Assembly: GCF_018977255.1 (NCBI RefSeq)
Contig: NW_024704743.1
Span: 84,818,001-84,882,000, forward strand
Origin: Callorhinchus milii
Taxonomy: Eukaryota
DNA length: 64,000 nt
Direction of reading: 5' to 3'
Below are positions 50,792-63,290 of the stretch, piece by piece. The notes beneath the pieces were generated by a model. The model was given only the letters and a program-made list of their open reading frames with translations, was not told the DNA's origin and ran no database searches. How positions within the stretch are numbered: the stretch's first letter is position 1; each line of letters begins with the position of its first letter. The translations under genes were made by a program, and so were the position numbers.

Positions 50792-51140
50792 GGAGTCCTG
50801 TAACGTATTTGTTAGAACACTTGCCTCGCAAGCGAGAGGACCTGGGTCGATCCAGGGCAGGGCGAAAAGTTAGGCAAGTTTCCTTACTCCACACATTTCT
50901 TTTTACTTAGCAGTTAGTTGATTGGCGGATCGCTTTTCCGGGGGAAATAATCCCTTGAAAAATAATAATAATTTGGTCACTTCAATCCACGACTGTTTGT
51001 GGGGCATTGCCATGTACAATTGGCTGCCGAGTTTTACCCACAAAATATACTGTCAATTCACTTTACAGTATATTCTGTGAAGCGTTTTGAGACATCTCAA
51101 AGACGTGATAAGCCGCTATATCAAAATGCAAGAATTATTA
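50792..51140 (+). mobile_element. DeuSINE, long subfamily, full length
   Basis: ggagtcctgta head, extra internal block ...agcagttagttgattggcggatcgcttttccggggg, tail. Confidence 0.9.
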
Positions 51141-51311
51141 TAAGATTATAATTTAATCACTTTTTTGTGTTTAGCAGTTCACATTTATTGAGTTGAGAAA
51201 AGTTGATGTCTGCTTCCTTTTTGTCATTGGATTTACTGTACTTTATTAAAGTGATCAGCTGATAGGCATGCAAATATTTCACTTAATGTTATACGATTGC
51301 TTGTTTCATAG

Positions 51312-51448
51312 ATGTCACCTTTATCATCACTGTGACCTTCCTGTGGAAAGTGTCAGCGATAACCCTCGTCAGTTGTCTTCCTCTTTATATTCTCAAGTAC
51401 TTGAAGCGCAAATTCTCTCCACCCAGTTATTCTAAACTTACCTCGTAG
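51312..51448 (+). CDS. ATP9B: ATP9B terminal coding exon ([14 protein letters not shown]...[11 protein letters not shown])
   Basis: ttgtttcatag acceptor, in-frame TAG at 51446-51448, SPPSYxKL C-terminal motif of ATP9/Neo1 proteins. Confidence 0.95.
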
Positions 51449-52598
51449 TGTGGTTGTTTAATTCAATATGTGACACTTTTACCACTTCTGTGGAAGGAAG
51501 ACTAGTGATCCCTAGAAACATTGTCAGCTTCACAGAGTTGAAATCTGGGACAATGGTCTGTTGGCTGAAGGGGCAAAATAAAAGCAATGAAATGGTGCAC
51601 ACTGGAGTGCGTAGCATTGAAAGAAAATGATAGCACTTCTGATTAGCAGGTACTGCAAAGCACTGCTGGTATGAAGGAATGCCTTCAAATGTTTCGCTTC
51701 ACAATACTGATGGAGTCGGGGAGAAAATAGAATTAATTAATCTTTGCATATTCTCTTTTATACTTTCCCCTTTTGTTAATTTATGTAAAACCTCAAATGT
51801 TTTCATTGTTTAAAAACTTATTTGAGTACTTGTTAATAATGTTAACTCTGGCACTCATTGCATAATTATTCTTAAAACACGAGTCAGCTCAATATTTTAT
51901 TCACTGTCATGTGAAAGCTCACTCATTGATGTCATTATGCATAAAGGAGCAACTTGGCACTATATATTGATGTTTGAGCTAAAATACTGCCTATTTAATA
52001 ATTTGCTACTAACCTAGCTGTGGTCCTCTGTTTCTAAACTGCAACTCTGTTGTGAAACCTTCACTGTAAGATCTAACAGAGATATACACATTGGCCACTA
52101 ATCTTGTGCAATATTTTTGTGTCAAATTTCTCTTTCTATTCTCATTTCTTTTAAGGTTATTTTTTGTAGATTTGCTGAATGTATTCTTACAACTTGAACT
52201 TTATGTGAGACATTTATTTAATACCAGGAATCCTTAACTTATTTTATTTACAATTATGTTTTTGATGACATGGCATTATCTTTCGTCATCCACTCCTGAC
52301 ACTTTTGGTTGAGTATTCCAGAACAGGAGAATTCAAGAATCTAAATTTTCCTACCTCCTGACCCAACCACTCCCTCCCTCCCCCAAGGCACGTAACACTG
52401 AATTTGAATCAAAATCACCACTAGAACGAACATTCTTTCAGAAGCATTTGTGCTTTTCAGTTAATTTGTTTCAAAACTAGAATGGAGTACAGCAGAAGAT
52501 GTGGTATTTTTACAGAGGTGATCTGCAACATGTGCCAATATTGATTTCCTGTTTACTGCACTGGTTTTATATCATTGTAGTCAACTGAAATTCTCTTC

Positions 52599-52604
52599 AA
52601 TAAA
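52599..52604 (+). promoter_or_regulatory. candidate polyadenylation signal of ATP9B (alternatives: AATAAA at 51577 and about 53378)
   Basis: AATAAA in a U-rich, repeat-free 3' UTR with GT/T-rich sequence downstream; the site actually used cannot be determined from sequence. Confidence 0.35.
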
Positions 52605-53984
52605 TCAATGAATCAAAATACATAATGTAATTTAGAAAAGAATACATGGTTTATATGGTGGTATTCTGATCTGTAGAAATACATTTTTGTATTCATAATC
52701 TTCAATACAATCATTTTTGTGTTTATCTGGTATTCTGAATTATCAATGTATTTAGCCAATAATATGCTGAAAAGGGATTGATAAGTTGCAATGTTCCTGC
52801 CAAATGTTAATTTTATTAAATCATTTGAGCTCTGCTTTTACACAATTATGGTAAAATGTGTCTATTCAGAAATACCTTCCCATGACTGTACTTGATGTGG
52901 ACATTGTTCAGTTATTGAAAAGAATTTATAAACCATTTTTGTAAATTGTAAACTTCAAATGATGGATACCTGACATAGGATTCGGATTGCTGATCTGCAC
53001 CACAACTGGAGTAGTGGTAATCAAACTGAAGGTCCAATGAAATCACAAATGAGAGGTTTCTAATTGAATTGAGCTCAATCTGCAGTTTACACCTGAATTC
53101 CAAGTAACCATCCCATTACCAAAATCACAGTTATTGGTGAAAATAGTATGTTAGCAATACAGGTAAGCTCACAGCAGGAATTAAACATCCCCCTCAAACA
53201 CAGCCAATATAACTTAAAAGAACAACACGCTGGTTGTGGTTAGGTTATAGCATTTTGGTGTTTAGCATCTGAGGCAACGGACATAAAGAACCAGTTGAGT
53301 TTAATCATCAAGGTGGCCACTGTATTCAGATTTTGCTGTATTGTTGAATTGAGCTGGATGGAGCTCCTTCAGTGCAAAATAAATTGAATTTACATTTTCA
53401 TAGTGACTCGTGTATATCCTCTTAAGATTTTTAGTGGTGCTCGCATATTGCGACTTATCTGGTGGGTGTGTCTCCGAGCAACTCAGTGTATATTTAGAAG
53501 GTTATAATGTATTTGTGTGAAGTGTTTGTGACCATTTTGTACAAGGTCACTTCCTGTTTTTAATTTGTGACGTTATCTTCAGTTTTGTTCTTCAGATTTA
53601 ATAATGTAAAAAATAGACATCAAATGTTTTCACAACATGAGTAAAATGTTTCTTTTCATAAAACATCTAACCTGCTCTTAATTTGACTAGGTTTTCTATT
53701 GATTTCATAGTTACTGGTCACTTTCTGCTTACAAGTTAGGTAATGATCTGATCTAGGGCACAAAATATTCAAAGCACTTAAAGATCAACAGTCAACAGCT
53801 GCCACAGAGTTATTAATTATTTTTGAATCCTTATTGTTTCCATTGGTAAATGTATCTGATTCACATCATTTAAAGTAACAATATAAATTCTTCATAATAT
53901 GCAGGTTACTTGCGAGATATGAATCCTGTAGGTCACAAGGTGAAATGATTTTCAAGCAAAAGTGGTTCCCAAAGACTGGGGGAG

Positions 53985-54140
53985 TACAATACAATACACA
54001 TTTACATTTATATAGCACCTTTCATGTCAGGAGGATATCCCAACTTGCTTAACAACACTGGCTTGGCTCACAAGCTGGGCATGGGAGCTGAGAGGGACGG
54101 GAGAGGAAAGATCCAGAAGTGCAGCCAAAGAGGCAGGACT
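53985..54140 (-). mobile_element. L2 3' end
   Basis: tatagcacctttcatgtcaggaggatatccc reverse tail. Confidence 0.7.
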
Positions 54141-55383
54141 TGTAATGTTGAATCTGATATTCTTGGGAAGAAGATTTGAATTGTATTACTTGTATCTGTT
54201 CTTTTTATTGGTAATGCAATATAACACTCCTTATTCTTTCTTTAGGATGTATCTTGACAAATGTTCTCCATTAAATAAGTATGTGTTCAGAACAGTACAA
54301 TTGATTTGCGATACTGTGGAAATCGACAACTTTTGCACTTGCGATGAATGTCATGCCCGAATTCAAAGCAAAAGAAATAGTAAGCATTCATTCAGATCTT
54401 CCCAATTCTCTTCAACTTGCTTATTGTCGGTAAACTTGTGTACATTCAATGAGCCATCTGTATTTTGAAACTCTGACATCCACAGAATAATGAATTTGGA
54501 GCCTGAAAGTATATACAACTCAAAGGAGGGATAAAACCTGTTTGAAGACCCAGCTCCAAGGTAATTTGGTATTTATTGCAGATGGTTCTGTTTGTGTCCA
54601 AATAAGCAGAACCACTAAATTATAGCATCTGTTTCTGTAGAGAAATTTAACACCGTCCTTAACATACATCGCTGAACCTAGCAAGTTCTATTGCATAACT
54701 GCCTGTGTCAAGAGATTATTGTGTTGGAACCAAGGTTCAAAAGGGGAAAAAGCTCGTGGTGCTCCACTGGCTGTGCGCATGTGTGGCAACCAGATGGGTA
54801 CAGGTCAGGCTTTGCTGTGATGCTCTCTAGAGTTGAGGGGCTCCTGATGACACTCATTGCTAAGGCTCATACATGAACAATGTTCATTTGGGCTGGATAT
54901 CGGAAGTCAACCAGCAACTGTGGAATTGCACCCAGAAAGAAGTCAGACCAGTGGAGAGGAACATCAGGAAAATAATTGGACAACAAATTTACATTTATAT
55001 GAATATTTTGCTTACAAGTCACTTATGTGGCACTTTATCAAACTACCTTCATCCACCCTGTGTGTTACTTCATCAAAAAACTCTTATCAGGTTTGTTAGA
55101 CATGATTTGCCTTTATTAAACCATACTTTTCTAAGTGAAACTCCCAGCTCTATGTGGAAGTTAGCCCCATACCTGCAGATGACATCGCCGAGGGGGAGCA
55201 TATTGATAAGGAAAAGAGGGGGGGGGGCCAAGGATGGAGCCTTGGGGTTCCCTGCCGGTGACCGGGCGGGGGCAGGAGATAAAACCATTTGCCAAGATGC
55301 ATTGTTGGCGGTTAAGTAGGACTTGAACCATCCAAGTGCAGTCCCACTAAGATGGATGAGGGAGGAGAGGAGGTTGAGGAGGA

Positions 55384-55753
55384 TAATAATCCTTGCATTT
55401 GATATTGAGCCTTATCACGTCTTCCGAGACGTCTCAAAGCGCTTCACAGAATATACTGTAAAGTGAATTGACTATATTTTGTGGGAGAAACACGGCAGCT
55501 AATTAAGCACAGCAGTGTCCCACAATCAGTCGTGGATTGAGTGACCAATTTATTATTATTTTTTGAAGGAATTATTACCCCCGGAAAAGTGATCCGCCAA
55601 TTGACTTAACAACTGGGTTCCTTCTTCCTGCTAGGTTAACAGAGAGGCATGTTGGGTAAGGAAACTTGCCGAATGTTTTGCCCTGCCAGAGAATCAAATC
55701 CAGGTCTCTCACTTGTTAAGGCGAGTGCTCTAACCACTGAGCTACAAGACTCC
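55384..55753 (-). mobile_element. DeuSINE, long subfamily, full length
   Basis: Head ends gactcc at 55753; long internal block; tail; aggat on both flanks. Confidence 0.9.
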
Positions 55754-55769
55754 ACAGGATGGCCTGATC

Positions 55770-56418
55770 CGCAACATTGCCTATCACTGCCTCCCACCAC
55801 AGGCTGCTGAGACCCTGAGCCATGCTTTCATCACGTCCTGGCTTGACTACGCCAACTGACTGGTCGTTGGACTTCCCAACTCTTCCCTCCACAAGCTGCA
55901 GATTATTCAAAATTCTGCAGCTTGTGTCCTCTCCCGCACCTGGCTCCGCGAACCAATGACCCCAATTCTTGCCCGGCTTCACTGACTCCCCATCCCTCAG
56001 AGAATCGAGTACAAAACCCTTGTTCTCACCTTCAAAGCCCTCCACAGTCTTGCTCCCGCCTATCTCTCCAATCTCCTAACCCCATATTAATCTGTCTGCT
56101 CTGTTCACTTACCGGCCTGTTTCAGGTATTCTGCACTTCCCACCCCACAATTGGTGGTCGGGCATTCAGCATCTCCGTCCCCACACTCTGGAACTCTATC
56201 GCGCAATCCCTCCACTTCACCCCCTCTCTTGCCTCCTTCAAGTCCCATCTAAAAACCTTCCTCTTCGACCATGCCTTCGGCCATGCTCCAACCCCAATGC
56301 CCCTACCCTCCACCCCTCCTGAACCCCAACTCCCAGCTCAGGTCCAAACACCCCTGACTATCCAGCATCCTGCAATGTCTTTCCAATGTGAAGGGTGCTT
56401 TATAAGTATAATTTGTTG
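55770..56418 (+). mobile_element. L2 3' fragment inserted in the older L2
   Basis: FKSHLKTFLFDHAF, tail; tgatc duplicated at 55765-55769 and 56419-56423. Confidence 0.9.
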
Positions 56419-57179
56419 TGATCGACTGTCGAACTCGGCAGAGAGGTCGAGGACCACAAGGAGGCAGAGGGAGCCCTGGTCACAGAGAGAGGACCTCATT
56501 TGTTACTTTGATAAGGTTTGTGTCTGTGCTGTGGGCAGAGCAAAAAATGAACTGGAGGGGTCTGAGTAGGGAGTGGAGGGAGAGGTGTGAGCAAAGTTGA
56601 TTTTCAATGATGTGTTCCAAAACTTTTACCAGGAAGGGCAGGTTTGAAATGAGTCTGAAGTTTATGAGGTTGGCGGGATTGAGGTTAGGTTTTTTAAGAC
56701 GAGTAGTGATTATAGTGGTTTTGAGGTGGGAGTGGGGCAGAGCCTAAGGAGAGGGACTGATTAGTTTTGTCAGTCAGCAGTGGGAAGACGAGGGGGAGTT
56801 GAGTTACCAGAAGCTGGGTGGGGGTCGAGGCAGCAGATGGTAGGCTTCACCTGGTGAGGGAAAGGCGGGAGGGAGAGATGGGGGCAAAGGAGTGTAGGGT
56901 TGGGCCACGGTAGAAACCGTGTAGGAGGAGAAGGTGATGAAAGAGGCATGGGGGTGTTGGTAGGTGACTTGGGGAAAGAGGATTGTCAGCCTGGATTGCA
57001 AGTTCTAAGTCCCAACTTGGGCTTGAGGCCACAACCTTCTGATTTGGAGGTGAGAGTGCCACCAACTGGGCTAAACTGCCACCTGAGGGATTTGAACAAA
57101 ACAAGTCTGAAACTATAATTGGCAGTAGAAGCTCTGAGATGAGTAACATTTCCTCCTGGAAGCCTCTAGTTTTGTGTAC

Positions 57180-57500
57180 ATAATAATCCTTGCATTTGCT
57201 ATAACATTTAAACATCTCAAAACGTTTCATGGGTAATTATTGTCAATGTATAGTGACTATATTTGTAAACCAGTTTTCACACAGGAACATCCCACAATAA
57301 TCATGAAGTGAAGCACAAATTTATTTGGAAGATGGTTGGCCAATACGGTGGGATAAGAATTGCAGTGCCATAGGATCTTTAACCTCTGTCAGAACAGGCA
57401 GATGAGACCCCAGCTTAACATCTCATCCCAAAACTTTTGACAATGCAGGGCTTCCCCAATACTTCACTGAAGTGTCAGCTTGGACTGAGCCCAAGTTCTG
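57180..57500 (-). mobile_element. old DeuSINE
   Basis: gtgccataggatctttaac...ttaacatctcatcc reverse Deu-domain; tail at left. Confidence 0.65.
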
Positions 57501-59012
57501 ACATGTAAGATAATGTAAGACTGCCCAAATTCATATTAATCGTGTGCAGTGACTCGACTTTTGGGACCGCAGGATTTCAAAGCCACAACCATAAGTGGTG
57601 AACTTTAACATTTTGGTAACTATATTTTGCTACTATATTTTCACTTAAATTTAATTTTTATGTCCTATACTCTTTCTGTAATGCCTCTATGTCCCTCTTT
57701 TGCCATTCCATCCTCCCCCCAACTATGTGAGTTCTCAAATGTACGTTTAAATTGTTGGGTTTACAAGCAAAGTAGGTAGCTTGAGAAAAATGTTATTCAT
57801 ACCTATCCAATGTATGTATGTATGTATGTTGATCATTATATTAGCTCAGTCCCACAGAACCGTAAAATCCAAATAATCATCAGATCAGGCAGCATCATAT
57901 CAAATTTATTTTTCATTAACCAAATTCAAGCAAAATATAAAAAAAAGTTAACATTAGGGGTCAAAAAGAAATGCAAAGTTTAGGTTATGGCATACAACTA
58001 GTTAAGGTTATAAAACAAATGGCAAGAATAAGTGATAAATTTAAGCTCTAAGGTACTAAAAGCTCTTTACAAAAAACAGGCATAATCTAGTGGTGATTTA
58101 TAACATCATAAAAGATTCTGGTGCTTCCTATTGCAGAATATTGACGAAATTATAACCAGTTTAAATTAAATACCTAAATGCCACTCTTTATAGAGTTTTA
58201 GGTAGGTCACTATTGAAATATTTTGTTTTAGAAATCAATGAATGAGGTGTAAGCAATTCCTTTTGCCGTATTAGGTTTATGGATATATATTCAATAAATA
58301 TATTGACAGAGGTGAACAAGGCTGGACCTTGGGCTAATAGCTGACCTGAAAACAATCCTGTAAAGCAAGAACACAATTAACCAGGACAATTTGAATGAGC
58401 ACAGCCTGTTAGATTAAGGCTGGCAAATAAAGCAAAGGCAGTAAAAGTCACTGAACTTGACAACAATCACTTGTGAATTACTTTTGAGGCATTTCGATGT
58501 GATGAGGTGCTGTAAAAATAAAAAGTTTGTTCATTAAGAGTGATGAGATGCATTTGTTGGGCCCAAATCAAGTTGAGCTTGGTTTATGTGTACCTTGTGT
58601 TCAATAAAAATGGTTAAAGGAACCATGACACATTATTTCTATAAATTCCTCAACCATCTAAAAGTTACAATCTGGACTATCGTAGCAGCAAGAACAACAT
58701 TTTCAACTGATCCTAACAACTACAGCGCCTTTCACTGAGGAGAGCAGCTTGGATTGCTGCAAAGTGTCAGGATTGGATACCAAACAAGTGGGGAGGGAGA
58801 GGTGACCATAGGCGCGTTGCAAGAGTTTCAGCACTTTGGAACATCCTCCTGACATGAAAGGCACTATACAAATATAATTGGTTATGGTTGTAGGCCTTAA
58901 AGTGGGATATAAAGATCTATTAAGAGGGAGCCAGGCGGAACGAATGAAGCAGGGAGTTCCAGAGGTTATAGGAACAGTGGTTGAAGTCACTAATGGTGGT
59001 GCAGAGGGGGAT

Positions 59013-59680
59013 CATAGAAACATAGGAACAGAAGTAAGCCATTCAGCCTCTTGAGCTTGTTCTCCATTCTATTCGATCATGGCTGATCTTTACCTTAACT
59101 CCAATTACCTGCCTTTGCCCCATATCCCTTGATACCCTTACCTAATCTAACATCTACGAAATCTATAAAACGCTATTCACCTCAGTCTTGAAAATTTAAA
59201 TGGATCCTGCATCCACATGCTTTTGGGGGAGAGAGTTCTGGATTTCCATTACCCTTTGCATGAAAAAATGCTTCCTAATTTCACTCCTAAATGACCTAGC
59301 TCTAATGTTAAGAATATGCCACCTTGGAGTCCTGTAGCTCAGTAGTTAGAGCACTCGCTTTGCAAGCGAGAGACCTGAGTTCAATTCCAGGCAGGGCGAT
59401 ACCTTGGGCAAGTTTCCTTACTCCACACGCCTAATAATAATCCCTCCAAAACCAAAAACAATAATAAAATTGGTCATTTTCAATCTACGACTGTTTGTGG
59501 GACATTGCTGTGCGCAATTGGCTGCCGCGTTCACCCACAAATATACAGTCAATTCACTTTACAGTGTGTTCTGTGAAGCGCTTTGGGACGTCCTCCCGAC
59601 GTGAAAAGCGCTATATCAAATGCAAGGATTATTATTGTTCTGGATTCCCCCACCAGAGGAAATAGTTTCTCTGTAGTTTC
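59013..59680 (-). mobile_element. CR1 3' end interrupted by a young SINE
   Basis: catagaaacatagg...gccattcagcctcttgagc terminus; resumes at 59637. Confidence 0.85.
59326..59636 (+). mobile_element. young DeuSINE, short subfamily, full length
   Basis: tRNA-like head with anticodon arm ctcgc-tttgcaa-gcgag (TGC, Ala), Deu core, L2-type stem-loop tail. Confidence 0.94.
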
Positions 59681-59689
59681 TCCCACTTG

Positions 59690-60690
59690 AGGAGAGGGTG
59701 TCCCAAGGCGATGGTCAGGGATTTAGATCTAAGCAGAGGATTGGGATCCAGGGTATGGAGTGCAGGGTGGGTAGGGGTAGGAGGGTGGCCAAAGGTATGG
59801 TCAAAGCAGAGGGTCTTAAGACATGCCTTGAAAGAGGCAAAGGAAGAAGCAAGGTGAAGGGACTATGGGATGGAGTTCCAAAGCGTAGGGACAGAGAGGC
59901 TGAAGGCCCGACTGCCAATGGTGGGACGGGCTGGGTGGGGGACATGGAGCAGGCTGGAGCTGTTGAGTAGAGGGAACAGATGGGTTGATATGGGGTTAGC
60001 AGGTCACAGAGGTAGGAAGGAACAAATCATGGAGGGCTTTGAAGGCAAGGACAAGGATTTTGAACTCTATCCTCTGGAGGATGGGGAGTCAGTGGAGCCG
60101 GGCAAGGGTGGGAGTGATAGAGTCATGGAGCCTGGTGCGGGAGAGGGCACGAGTATCAGAGATCTGGATGATCTGCAGCTGTGGAGGGAAGAGTTGGGAA
60201 GGCTGACAAGCAGCACAGGCTAGATGTAATAAATGCATGGATGAGGTTTTTAGTGGCCTGAGTAAGGTGCAGTGTGCATCCACGGATGGTGATGCTGTCA
60301 GTGCCTGAGATGTGGAGACGCTGAGAGGAGTCAATCAGGAGAGCCTCAGTCTTGTCATTCAACTGGAGAAAGTTAGCTCTCATCAAGGACTTGATGTCTG
60401 ACAGACATTCTGTCAGGATAACAGTGGTCCTGGAATCAAGGGTGAAGCAGAGAGATAGAGTTGGATGTCATCCACATCCATGTGGAAGTTGATCCCATAT
60501 TTGTGGATGATGTCACCAAGAGGGACCGTGTACGTGTTGAAGAGGAGAGGACCAAGCACAGAGCACTGAGGATCGCCGCACAAGATGCTGCAGGGGCTGG
60601 AGGAGAAACCGTTTGTAGAGACAGTGTAAAAGGTTGGATCTGAACCAGTCAAGGACAGCACCATGAAGTGTGAGAGGAGAGACAGATAGA
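59690..60690 (-). mobile_element. L2 RT/3' fragment
   Basis: SVLGPLLF, VDDIQLYLS, NFLQLNDKTEALLI remnants. Confidence 0.9.
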
Positions 60691-61949
60691 GTGATCAAGA
60701 GTGTGGTTGGCAGTCAAGGACCCTAACCCTTTTATTGCATGCTCAAATCTTTCATTGCAACCTAAAGTCTGGTGCATTTTCTAGACTTGTGGTGTTTTAA
60801 CTGGAATCAACCTACAGATAATAATGTATGACCTATATGGAATTTGGCCTTGAAGTCTGCAGGGGAAAACTCTTGTCTCCTCTAGGTTTAATAGTGTTTG
60901 CTTCTAATGCCTCGCTCAAGAATCTCCACTTTATTTGGATTGGAAGAAGCTTGAAGGCCAACCACAGCATTGCAGTCATCTATCAATTAACTTCATCCTT
61001 CATTATTTAATCGTCTTCACCTCAATGTAGGGTACACCCTCCTTTTGTAGCTGCTGGTTTTGGATGCAAGCAGATGAACATTGGAGGCTCAACATGCAGT
61101 ACCTACCTGGATATCTACATATAGTGTAGAATAATAACAGTCTTTGCATTTTAATATAGCCCCTCATCACATCTTTGAGATGTCTCAAAGCATTTCACAA
61201 AATATACTGTAAAGTCAATTGAGGTACATTTTTGAGCCAAACTACCACCTGATTGTAAAACCTGATTGTACCAATATTGTTTCCAAGCGTGGAATAATCC
61301 TGATTGACATTTGGGACCAAAGGTCATGCAGATTATGCTAGACTTCAAGTAGCCATCAGCTGATAGAGCTGCTCACTGAGCTGTTCTCTTCCCTTCTATT
61401 GTTCTTATTCTGTCTTGTCACCTCCAAGTCTTTTTCTCATTATTGACCAAATCACTCTGTTCAATTACTTATGTTTTTCTTTATTTTTCTGTACAATCCA
61501 AGTAGATCAGAACACTTGCCTTCACTGAATCATTGTTTAAACTATCTAACAAAATCTAATGTATCCAGGGTTTTACACAAGCTAGGTGTGAAAGGGATGA
61601 GAGGAATGCCAGAGGTTGAAGTCATGAGGTCTGATTTTCTGTTGATTTCAATTTATTGAAAACCATAACACAATAATCTTAATTGTCATTGTTTCCACAG
61701 TGTAAGATAACATGTGAGAAAACATGACTTTTTTAACAAAAGTGTGTGGTTTGTATTTTAGATGATTTCTGACAATCCGCATTAAACCAAGTTATCTAAC
61801 GTTAGTCTGCCTCACATCTCAAAATTCCACTGTGCCACGGCTGGGGTGCTATGTTATCTTACTTAGGCAGCACACAATGATAAAGGTTAAAGGTTGTGCT
61901 ATTAACTCAGCTCTCTACAGTCTCTTAAAGAGCTTGAATTGTTGCCACT

Positions 61950-62165
61950 GCCATTTAGTTTGGTGAGTTGTTGGCCAGGACACTGGGAAAAACTATTTTC
62001 TCTTTTTGAATGGTGTTGTTGGATCTTTAACATCCACCTGAGAATGGACAGCTGGTTTAAAGTCTCAATCTCAAGGCCCCCTGACAATTCAGCAGTCCTC
62101 CAGCATTGTACTGGAATGCCAACCTGGAGTCTTCTAACTGAGAGGCCAACTGAGTCAAGCTAACA
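61950..62165 (-). mobile_element. old DeuSINE fragment
   Basis: ggatctttaacatccacctgaga reverse Deu-domain. Confidence 0.6.
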
Positions 62166-62989
62166 CTTACTTCACCAGCAATAACGCTTGCATGAATTTA
62201 TTTCACAAGTGAAAAGACCAACTCAAAGTTTCTGCAGACAAAAGTAAATTGTAAGATCTTTCTCAAGAATACAATAACCTTATTACCTTATTACAATGAT
62301 ATATATTTATATCTGTCACTGTTTAAAATTAAAAATGTATTCTTTATTGCAAATTCTTGAACTTTTTAAAGGTGGGAAATGTTAATTTTGATTCCTGTAA
62401 TAAATCTTTAGGATTTGATTTGTTACTGGTGTTACTGTTCACAAGAACACTGCATAGTTCCATGTGTGTGGAGAGCCCAGCATGTTAGGGATTGGGAGTA
62501 CAATTTTCAAGACACATATTGGAGTTTAATTTGTGTTATTCACGAACCACATTGGTTGCATTCATTGCAGTTTGTGATTTTTAGGGGGGAAAGACTTTCA
62601 AATTATATTCTGCAATGTTGGCTAACGTTTTACTTCTTGCCTTTTTTAAGGCAAAGAAAATTTTAAGGTAAGAAAATTCCTGACAAATTTGAAAAATGTA
62701 AAACAATTTGCTGGCTTTTGTTGTAGGCTTTTGTTACTGCTGGGATTGGATATTTAGGCCAGTATTTTTTTGGTCAACACATTTGAAATGACAAATTTGA
62801 AAACCCATCATTACGCTTAAGAGTGTCCAAACTAAACTGAGAATTCCATACATGCCACCTACACGTGGAAATTCAGTGTGTGGAATGGAATAAGCCCTCT
62901 CTCACCGGTTAGACAAACCCTACTTATCTATTTCTGGAGAGTATTAGATGCAGGTTGGTAAGAGCTTGACATCGAAAGCATGAACTACA

Positions 62990-63290
62990 AACTTCCCACT
63001 GCTTGGCAGGCTTGGACCACCATTTAGAGTTTTGGCTTTGCGGGATTAACGAGAGTGGGAATAATCTCTGCTCCACAGGATCAGTCTGCCCTCAACAAGT
63101 CCTGCCAATGAGCCAGGGTGATTGTGCTGTGATCAGCAGTGCCCTGGAATACTGTGGACCTGCTTGGCTCAGTGACCGGACTATCAAGACCTCCACAGAG
63201 GGCTGACTCAATTCCAACATTCCACTGCCAAGCATGTCACCTTGGAACCAGTTCAGCTTCAAGGAGACCCCACTTACCTCGCCCCAAGGA
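62990..63290. repeat. unclassified interspersed repeat, inverted copy
   Basis: Reverse complement matches 22770-23050 (ccaaggtgacatg, cagccctctgtgg, cagtattccaggg, gcaggactt). Confidence 0.8.

Larger units (their letters stand above)
5952..51448 (+). other. ATP9B: ATP9B gene, 3' part (15 coding exons; 5' exons lie upstream of the window)
   Basis: Spliced exons total 1887 nt in one frame ending in TAG. Motifs [56 protein letters not shown]. The [13 protein letters not shown] segment and LNEYF favour ATP9B over ATP9A. Confidence 0.95.
55150..56985 (-). mobile_element. L2 LINE internal fragment hosting two nested insertions
   Basis: PLFLINMLPLGDVI RT region at left; colinear continuation at 56419 when compared with the 24751-24945 copy. 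Confidence 0.85.

Noticed and set aside
59326..59398. tRNA-Ala(TGC)-like sequence (also 44242, 19236-19308, 33615-33688)
   Set aside because: Anticodon arm and A/B boxes are present, but there is no proper acceptor stem and it runs into SINE body; it is a SINE head.
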